IMG/VR virus record: IMGVR_UViG_3300025018_000148
Span: 7,094-71,093 of that record
Direction: 5' to 3' (one strand)
Length of the DNA: 64,000 nt
Origin: a virus
Lineage: Duplodnaviria; Caudoviricetes
Every line of letters starts with the position of its first letter. The stretch's first letter is position 1. The position numbers and the translations under genes were made by a program. Under the pieces are notes generated by a model. It saw only the letters and a program-made list of their open reading frames with translations. It was not told where the DNA came from and made no database searches. Of the stretch, positions 57,535 to 64,000 are shown piece by piece.

Positions 57535-57758
57535 GAACGGGAGAGGATGAGATACGCAACTGCCATTCCGACACCGGCTCCCCACAGAATGAGAGAGACC
57601 ACGAAAGTGGCGAGGCTCAGGACCCGGCACAATTCGACCGGGAAGATCTGCCACAGGGGAGGATTCTTGAGGGGTCGAAGGTAGACCTCACGGAGGTTGT
57701 TCTCATACGCGATGATCAGGAGGGGGCGGGGGACGTGATCGGAGATGGGGAGCTTCAT
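57531..57758 (-). CDS. Small membrane protein
   Basis: C-terminal hydrophobic segment; A/C leader before ATG 57758. Confidence 0.5.
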   Translation of the reverse strand: MKLPISDHVPRPLLIIAYENNLREVYLRPLKNPPLWQIFPVELCRVLSLATFVVSLILWGAGVGMAVAYLILSRS

Positions 57759-57976
57759 AGTTGGGTGTGCGGTTGTTTGTCGATGTGGAATTGATCGTCG
57801 TAGAGCATTCGGATTCCGTTCTGAGCCAGCAGGTCCACAACATCCTTGAGCTTCAGGTTGGCGAGGGTTTCGATTGATGGTCCACCTCTCGCTTGGGTCA
57901 GGGCTCCCTCCAGTCTGCACCAGAAGTCACCTCGGCATTCTTGAGCGTGTAGCCCGTCAGGTCCGTCGTCAGTCAT
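57755..57976 (-). CDS. Hypothetical protein
   Basis: 73-aa ORF overlapping the next start. Confidence 0.5.
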   Translation of the reverse strand: MTDDGPDGLHAQECRGDFWCRLEGALTQARGGPSIETLANLKLKDVVDLLAQNGIRMLYDDQFHIDKQPHTQL

Positions 57977-58269
57977 ACCCGAATTCTAGCAGCAATATTC
58001 TTGGGGTCAAATTATTTTCTACACCGAGAAAAACTGGAAAACCGGAATTTTATACAACCTACCGATATATACTCTACTGTCGCCACGGTCCCCTGCCACC
58101 CCCACCCGTGCCGTGTCCTGCCCTCTGTCGTCGTCCTCCTGCCCTGCCCTCGGCCCCCTCATTCTGGTAGTGTTAGGGGGTCTGCTGCCCTGCCCTTGCC
58201 ACGGTCGAGCCCTTGTCCCTTGTCGTCAGGGTCCGCGAGTCCTCGACTCAGGGACAAAATCGATGTAAC

Positions 58270-59130
58270 CTATTCACCCTCAATTACTTGAGTCACGACA
58301 CTGGTCTCCCTCCTGACTGAGTCCTGACTAACCTGCGATAAGACGCCGATTTGAATGATTGACCTGCGACCCTCTCCGCCTGTCTTTTGACGTGTAGCAC
58401 GCCGATAGAGTTCATCGACTGTTTTGAGGTCCCCGACTTTGTGAATCGGGATCAACCCGCCCGATTCGTAGAACTTTGTTAGTGACCGTTCTGCTAGGGT
58501 TGCGACCTTCTCGTCGAATCCGTCCTCGGCTTCCGGGGAGCGGGCAGATGTGGTTTTGTTAGAGCGACTTACGGGCGGGGCTTTTGGCGGGATGTTAGGG
58601 GAGTTCTTGCTGGTATCGGTATCCGACTTTGTGATTCTGTTAGTCGGTTTCCCCGGCTTCCGGTCTCCCTCGCTGAAGTCCAACGTTTTACGAATGTTAG
58701 GGCGACCCTTTGTCTCCGGCTTCCGGACCTCCTCTCGCACCGGTTCAGGTTCGAGCAAAACCCTGATTTGAACGGACTCGGCGCGGAGGTGATCGAGTGC
58801 CAGAGAGTCGGTTTTTGTGCATCCGTCAGGGCGGTAGATCGCACCTCCGTTTCGCTGAGCTTCTGCAACAATGTTAGTCTTCCGTTTTGTGATTCTGTCA
58901 GGCGTTGCCCAGTCCTCCCTCGTCATCCGGGTTCGCACGAGATCCGGGGACAGTCCAAACTCACGGCAGCATTCCGGGAGGGATCGTTTCCCTTGTCTCC
59001 CTGCTTCGAGTTCTTGTCGTAGTGTCAGGATAGCCTTCTCCTGAAGTTCCTTCGCAGCTTGCGAAAGCTTCCGGCGCGTCTTGATGGGGCGTCCCGTTTC
59101 CTTGTCTCGTTTGATGGGCATCTCTAACAT
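58270..59130 (-). CDS. HTH protein, terminase small subunit candidate
   Basis: SLPECCREFGLSPDLVRTRMTREDW HTH-like segment; disordered middle; helical C-terminus DLKTVDELYRRAT...IIQIGVL; next to the strand switch. Confidence 0.4.
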   Translation of the reverse strand: MLEMPIKRDKETGRPIKTRRKLSQAAKELQEKAILTLRQELEAGRQGKRSLPECCREFGLSPDLVRTRMTREDWATPDRITKRKTNIVAEAQRNGGAIYRPDGCTKTDSLALDHLRAESVQIRVLLEPEPVREEVRKPETKGRPNIRKTLDFSEGDRKPGKPTNRITKSDTDTSKNSPNIPPKAPPVSRSNKTTSARSPEAEDGFDEKVATLAERSLTKFYESGGLIPIHKVGDLKTVDELYRRATRQKTGGEGRRSIIQIGVLSQVSQDSVRRETSVVTQVIEGE

Positions 59131-59244
59131 TACAACAATCCTTGCCCTCTGTCCACCCTGTCGAGGGACCTCCGGAAGTGCCGTAAAAGGGACACGGCAA
59201 AAAAGGACTTGATTCCCCCAGAATATTGGTTTAAAGGTTCCCTA

Positions 59245-59665
59245 CGCTGAAACGCGACCCGCCCCGACAGGCGGAGGGGTTCTGGTCCCAAAGGAGACCG
59301 GAAGCACCTGAGACCGAAAAGCCCGTGAGGGTGCGAGGGTCTCGAAAGCACCCCAGTTCTTTGACATCCTGACCCGCTCCACCAGGGACGCAAGGTGGAG
59401 ACCCTAACAGTGACCGAAACGGACGAGTGATCGCCGGTAGTAGAGATCCGAAAGCAGGCAGTCCCAGAACCCAGCTTTATGGGGAGGGAGACATCCGCGC
59501 CAAGTCAGGCGGGGAGGTTCGAGTAAGTGGCTTAGCTGTTAGGGTTCAGGTAATATTGTTTGTTACAGTGTTAGAGCAACCCTTGTCGTCCGTCCTTCGG
59601 GGCGGGCGGCAGGCGGGTGCAATCGATCCCGGAATTCAATCCGAGCCGGGATCGATCCCACCTGA
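59245..59665 (+). ncRNA. Candidate large structured non-coding RNA
   Basis: No credible ORF; perfect long-range helices 59277-85/59464-72, 59401-10/59536-45 and 59258-67/59597-606; local hairpins with UUCG/GAAA loops. Confidence 0.55.
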
Positions 59666-59692
59666 TACCAAAATCTAGCCTAACAAAACACT

Positions 59693-59791
59693 ATGAATCT
59701 TGAATATGTAATTGAAGACGCCTTCGAATTCCAGCCGGAGTCCTTCGACTCTGAAGTCCTCGAACTCCTCGCCGCCATCTCTCAGTCTTGA
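59693..59791 (+). CDS. 32-aa acidic peptide
   Basis: Preceded by the early leader motif (ctagcctaacaaaacactATG); MNLEYVIEDAFEFQPESFDSEVLELLAAISQS. Confidence 0.5.
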   Translation: MNLEYVIEDAFEFQPESFDSEVLELLAAISQS

Positions 59792-59895
59792 GATCCGGTG
59801 ATTCCCACCCTGCCCTGACAGTCCTTGTGGTTCTGTCAGGGCAGCAGGGAGTCTCTCGACTCCGATTAAATCTAACCTAACAAAACAATACCAGC

Positions 59896-60141
59896 ATGAG
59901 CAAAAAGCACTTCATCGCCCTCGCCGACGCACTTCGCACCTCTCGTCCGGAATGCCACTGGGACCCTAACAAAATCCTCCAGTGGCGTCTGGACGTTCAC
60001 CGAATCGCGGACTTCTGCCAGTCGCAGAACCCGCGATTCGACCGGGGCCTTTGGTTCGACTACATCGACGGGACCCGTGGTCCCTCCGGTGGCAGAATCG
60101 CCAATCCTCCCCTTGGCGTCCTCAACGTGATCGACGCCTGA
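59896..60141 (+). CDS. Early hypothetical protein (K.F..IA...NPRFDR family)
   Basis: Leader motif; MSKKHFIALADAL...QNPRFDRGLW. Confidence 0.75.
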   Translation: MSKKHFIALADALRTSRPECHWDPNKILQWRLDVHRIADFCQSQNPRFDRGLWFDYIDGTRGPSGGRIANPPLGVLNVIDA

Positions 60142-60238
60142 TGGCAGTTCCCACCCTGCCCTGGCAGAACCACAAAGTTTTGTCAGGGCAGCAGGGAGTT
60201 TCCCTCCATTTCAATCTAACCTACACTAACAAAACAAT

Positions 60239-60885
60239 ATGATTACCGAGCAAGATGCAATCGAGCAATACGTGGCAACCCGTATCTCTCAGCCGTTCAA
60301 TTGGACGAAGCTGACAATCGTCGAGTTGGTCCGGGCTGACCGGATCACCCTGACAAGTGCCTCAAAATCTCTGACCGACGAGGTCCGGGAATTCGAGTCT
60401 ATCGAGGACTGGCAAGACGCTTTCGGCGAGGACTTGTTCCCTCCCGCTCTACCTCTACGATCACTCCGGGATCACGATTTCCTGCCGCCCGTTCCACTGC
60501 CCGTTCCACTGCCCGTGGGACTCCGGTCAGGTCGGCTATGCTGTCCTGACAAAGCAAGAAATCGACTCCGAGTTCGGCGGTGACCGGGAGCGGGCGGAAG
60601 CCTGTCTCCGGTCCACCGTGAGCACCTACGACGACTACCTCACGGGGCGCGTCTACGGTTACACGATCTCAATCTCCGACGAGAACGAGGACGCCGACGA
60701 GGACCTCGACGAGATCGACGACTCCTGCTGGGGTTACTACCTCGGCGAAAAAGAGTCGGCACGGGACGACGACAGCTACCTCGCTCAAGAGGCGAGAAGC
60801 GTCATCGATCACCACCTCGCCACGGTCTCCCCGGACGGCAACCAAACACGACTCCGAACGGGACCTCGCCGGGTTCCAAAGCTGA
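60239..60885 (+). pseudogene. Doubly frameshifted early gene (PLYLYDHSG...WDSGQVG...VYGY...DSCWG family)
   Basis: Family motifs are continuous only after a frame change near 60440; the natural stop at 60883-85 is reached only after a second shift. Confidence 0.7.
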
Positions 60886-60978
60886 GCGTCTCCTGTCAGG
60901 TCATCCCCGCAATCGTGGGGGTGACTTGCAGGGAGATTCTAAGACGAAACTCCACTAACCTAACAAAACAATAATACT

Positions 60979-61344
60979 ATGACCAAGCTTACCATCACCC
61001 TTGAAGTGGACGACGACAAAATCGATGTCTGGGAATTGAATGATGAGATCCACGAGTTCTTCTCCCGCAAGCGGGCGGTGACCTCGGTGAAGATTGACGA
61101 GAATTGCGGGGGCGAGACCAACGTGGAGTTCTTCGCGAGGGTATCCGAAACCGCTCCGCGAGGAGGGGTCTTGACCCAGTGCTTTGCTCTCGACGCTATC
61201 GGGAAGCACGCCGACCGGGTTGCCGCGACTCCCGACGAGGACCTCGCCGCCCTCTTCGCGGAAAACGCCTTCATCTCGTGGCAGGCATGGAAAGCTGCCG
61301 CCCTCGACTGGGTGGAAGCTTTCAAGCTTCGCAGTCAACGCTGA
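60979..61344 (+). CDS. Early hypothetical protein
   Basis: Leader motif; stop abuts the repeat. Confidence 0.8.
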   Translation: MTKLTITLEVDDDKIDVWELNDEIHEFFSRKRAVTSVKIDENCGGETNVEFFARVSETAPRGGVLTQCFALDAIGKHADRVAATPDEDLAALFAENAFISWQAWKAAALDWVEAFKLRSQR

Positions 61345-61461
61345 GCGTCTCCTGTCAGGGCATCCCGGTGAAGTTACAACCAACTTTGCCGGGGTGTCTT
61401 GCAGGGAGATTCTGAGACCAGTCTCTCCGATCAAAAGCTAACCTAACAAAACAATAATATC

Positions 61462-61878
61462 ATGAAATTACCCGATCAGAACTGGAACCTTCCCGGCGAG
61501 GCGGAAGCCCTCGGCTTCGCGACGTTCAATAACGTCCCGCACCTCTGCGTTCACCTCCCGGATCAGAACTGCACGCTCACCGTCCGCACCTCGGATGGCA
61601 GGTTGGCGACTCTCGCCTTCTTGCAATACCGGCCCGGTGGTCCCCCGCAATGCGTCGATGTGGTCGCTCACAAGCGAGCGGACCACGAGGACAACATCCC
61701 TGAGCAGGATGTCAGGGTCTTCGGCAGGTCTCGCAAGTGTGGAGGTCTGACCGCTTATCACCACGACCCCAGTCAACCGGAGAAGGACGAAAGAGTCGTC
61801 TTCCCCAGCATCACCACGGTCATCTTCCCCGAGCCCGATCCCGAGTGGACCCCGGACAAGGAGCGGATTGCCTTGTGA
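61462..61878 (+). CDS. Early hypothetical protein
   Basis: Leader motif; stop abuts the repeat. Confidence 0.8.
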   Translation: MKLPDQNWNLPGEAEALGFATFNNVPHLCVHLPDQNCTLTVRTSDGRLATLAFLQYRPGGPPQCVDVVAHKRADHEDNIPEQDVRVFGRSRKCGGLTAYHHDPSQPEKDERVVFPSITTVIFPEPDPEWTPDKERIAL

Positions 61879-62011
61879 TTTCTCCCGTCAGGTCATCCCG
61901 GCAATTGCTGGGGTGCTCTGCGGGGAGCAATCCAAACGGACCTCCGATCAAAGCTGAAACGCGAAGCTCTGACGAGCAACGCGAAGTCTAACCTAACAAA
62001 ACAATAATACT

Positions 62012-62656
62012 ATGAGCAAACTACTTGATATATTCCTCGGTTCCCCGACTCACGTCGAGTTCCGGCAATCCCAGTTTCAGGAACTCTGCATCGAGGACCC
62101 CGAGAGGGCATTCTGGATTGCGGACGCCGCTGAGCAAGGGGAGGACGGCTCGACTCACGCGGGACACCTCGCCGACTGGCGGGAGTGGACTCCGGCATGG
62201 GTCGAGACCTACGTGGAAGGGCTCGAACGTCAGTTCGTCGCCAGCAACCCGGAACTGGCAGGCTTCACCACGGAAGCGTTCGAAGTCCTGCAAGAACTCC
62301 TCCTCGAACAAATCGGCGAGGAGATCGACGAACTCGAAGCTTGGCACGAGGCAAACGGCTCGCTCCACGAGGGGCTTTCGTCCCAAGTGCCGACTCCCGA
62401 CAAGGGGTTCGCAGAGTTCGGATGCGATGTCGCTGAGCACTTCTACCGTGAACTCAAAATCGGGGACCGTGGGACGTTCTACGAACCCGACTCGGAAGAG
62501 AACCTCGACTGCTACGTTTTTGACGTGACCGACGAGGAACGGCAGGGACTCGGCATCCGGTGGCAGAAAGCCTACCTCTTCATCGACTCCGCCCCTCAGA
62601 CGCCTCTCGTGACTGCGCAATCCTTCGCCGTCTCGGAAGAGGACCCGGACAATTGA
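62012..62656 (+). CDS. Early acidic hypothetical protein
   Basis: Leader motif; strongly D/E-rich. Confidence 0.8.
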   Translation: MSKLLDIFLGSPTHVEFRQSQFQELCIEDPERAFWIADAAEQGEDGSTHAGHLADWREWTPAWVETYVEGLERQFVASNPELAGFTTEAFEVLQELLLEQIGEEIDELEAWHEANGSLHEGLSSQVPTPDKGFAEFGCDVAEHFYRELKIGDRGTFYEPDSEENLDCYVFDVTDEERQGLGIRWQKAYLFIDSAPQTPLVTAQSFAVSEEDPDN

Positions 62657-62751
62657 CCGGTGATTCCCGACGCTCCATCCCAGACACCTCCGGGGTGGAG
62701 CGAGGGGAGTTTCCACTCCACTTCGATCAAACCTAACAAAACAATACTACT

Positions 62752-63051
62752 ATGAGCACGACATCCGATTCCAACGTCACGCCCTCCGTCGAGGACCGTC
62801 TCTCCGAGACGATCGCCAAGGCGATCTCCTATGCCACGAGAAGGGGTTCCACGGTGCTGGCAACGAAGCCCTATTCGAACCACCCTGACGATCACTACTT
62901 CTGCGTGGTGCTTCACAGGAACGTTCAAGGGGACTACGTGGTCCACACCTTCAACTCCCAGTTCGAGGGGCTCGACAACGGGGATTACAATGATTCCTTG
63001 GGGAATGCCTTGCGCGATTTCCAACGACGTGGCAGAATTCACGATCTCTGA
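62752..63051 (+). CDS. Early hypothetical protein (VHxFN...G...G.Y...L..A..DF family)
   Basis: Leader motif; recognisable small phage protein pattern. Confidence 0.8.
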   Translation: MSTTSDSNVTPSVEDRLSETIAKAISYATRRGSTVLATKPYSNHPDDHYFCVVLHRNVQGDYVVHTFNSQFEGLDNGDYNDSLGNALRDFQRRGRIHDL

Positions 63052-63150
63052 TCGTTCCCGTCAGGTCATCCCGGCAATTGCTGGGGTGCTCTGCGGGGAG
63101 CAATCCAAACGGACCTCCGATTCAAACTAACCTAACAAAACAATACTACT

Positions 63151-63732
63151 ATGAACGCAACATTCACTATTCTGGCAACCCTCTCTGGCGCGAGCTACCT
63201 CGTGCATCTCGACCAGTTCGATGGCTGGGACAACCTTGTCGAAAACCTGAAGCATGATGCGGAGGACGACCTCCGTGAAGCGTGGCAGGACCGGCAGGAC
63301 GAGGACTCCGAGGAGGAGTTCGACATCGACGAGGAGTTCGACATCGATCTCTTCGACCTCAAGGTCGATTGTGTGGACGACAAAAACTACGATCTCGGTT
63401 TCACCGGGACCAAGGTCACCGAGTCTTCCGATCTCTGGGAGTTCCTCGGGCTCGACGACGAGGAAGCGGATCTCGTCCGCTACTACTGCGAGGCGCACGG
63501 CTACGACTTCGATGACGGCACCCTGAGCAATGCGAGGGGCTGTTATGCGGGCACCTTCGATGACGAGGCTTCCTTCGCGGAGCACCTCGCCAACGAGACC
63601 GGGGCAGTCGATTTCAACCTCGCTTCGTGGATTGTGATCGACGGGCAGGCGGCATGGGATCGAACCCTCTGCTACGAATACAACTCGGTCGGCACGGACG
63701 ACGGCAAGGTTGCCATCTTCAACAACTGTTGA
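63151..63732 (+). CDS. ardA: ArdA-like antirestriction (DNA-mimic) protein
   Basis: Very acidic; C-terminus YAGTFDDEASFAEHLANETG...WIVIDGQAAWDR..C.EY.......AIF matches the ArdA C-terminal pattern. Confidence 0.7.
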   Translation: MNATFTILATLSGASYLVHLDQFDGWDNLVENLKHDAEDDLREAWQDRQDEDSEEEFDIDEEFDIDLFDLKVDCVDDKNYDLGFTGTKVTESSDLWEFLGLDDEEADLVRYYCEAHGYDFDDGTLSNARGCYAGTFDDEASFAEHLANETGAVDFNLASWIVIDGQAAWDRTLCYEYNSVGTDDGKVAIFNNC

Positions 63733-63837
63733 TTCCTCCTGTCAGGGCATCCCGGTAAAGTTACAACCAACTTTGCCGGGGTGTCTTGCAGGGAGCAATC
63801 GCTCCGAACAAAACTAACCTAACAAAACAATACTACT

Positions 63838-64000
63838 ATGAACAAAGACAAAATCGACGTGACATCCCTGCTCTCGCAGGAGGTTCGGGACCGGATCACC
63901 GTTGCGGTGGAGGAGCGACTGACCCAGTTGTTCCCCATCTTCGAGGTGATCCCTCAAGCCTTCGACGTGGTCCCCAAGATCACGGTGTCGCTCAACATCA
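63838..64000 (+). CDS. Early hypothetical protein, 3'-partial
   Basis: Leader motif + ATG; open to the window end. Confidence 0.65.
   Translation, partial: MNKDKIDVTSLLSQEVRDRITVAVEERLTQLFPIFEVIPQAFDVVPKITVSLNI

Larger units (their letters stand above)
59802..63795 (+). repeat. Array of 8 intergenic bulged-hairpin repeats, each followed by an (CT)AACCTAACAAAACAATA-type leader
   Basis: Hairpins at 59802-59851, 60148-60198, 60890-60935, 61349-61408, 61882-61927, 62664-62709, 63055-63100 and 63736-63795. Confidence 0.9.

Noticed and set aside
59209-59237. Sigma70 promoter TTGATT-N17-TAAAGG upstream of the ncRNA candidate
   Set aside because: The -10 element lacks the conserved final T; plausible but too weak to list as a feature
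59245-59665. Group I/II intron, RNase P, tmRNA or hammerhead ribozyme
   Set aside because: GTGCG at 59331 and CTGAGA...GAAA are present, but there is no domain V, no P7/R-S elements, no GAGGAAAGUCC and no complete CUGAnGA core
59802-63795. CRISPR array interpretation of the early repeats
   Set aside because: The spacers are whole genes of 240-650 bp, repeats are 45-60 bp and heterogeneous, and there is no cas operon; the DUF2800-like nuclease is part of the replication module
59802-63795. Canonical integron attC sites
   Set aside because: They lack the RYYYAAC...GTTRRRY core, and the integrase shows no obvious IntI-specific insertion; kept only as an analogy
1-64000. tRNA/rRNA genes, reverse transcriptase/DGR, and stop-codon reassignment
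   Set aside because: No cloverleaf, rRNA or RT motifs seen; all core genes are intact under the standard code with tight stop/start overlaps

Overview
This window is most of a tailed dsDNA phage or prophage genome, probably a temperate podovirus-like phage. It is GC-rich and uses the standard code. A Verrucomicrobiota/PVC-type host is inferred from the Shine-Dalgarno-less, A/C-rich translation starts and the integrase style. Three blocks: (1) + strand 1-7390 accessory genes: two-domain endolysin, Pif1/RecD-like helicase, Tad1-like anti-defence sponge and a degenerate major-capsid paralogue. (2) A long - strand block 59130->7447: TerS-like gene, nuclease, iteron/inverted-repeat origin candidate, repressor-like gene, integrase, RuvC, SNF2 helicase-nuclease, SSB-like gene, PolA, primase-helicase, HNH, TerL, portal, scaffold, MCP, tail fibre, holin-like genes, tail and ejection proteins including a 3293-aa polyvalent protein, with glycan-modifying enzymes interleaved. 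(3) + strand 59245-64000: a candidate ~420-nt structured ncRNA, then an array of early genes, all with a shared leader motif and most preceded by a repeated hairpin; one gene is ArdA-like. The most striking observation is three separate non-structural genes built from pieces of the major capsid protein. One is an internally deleted MCP paralogue; two are small twin-arginine (Tat) signal proteins carrying different MCP segments. All homology calls come from reading motifs by eye; no database search was run.
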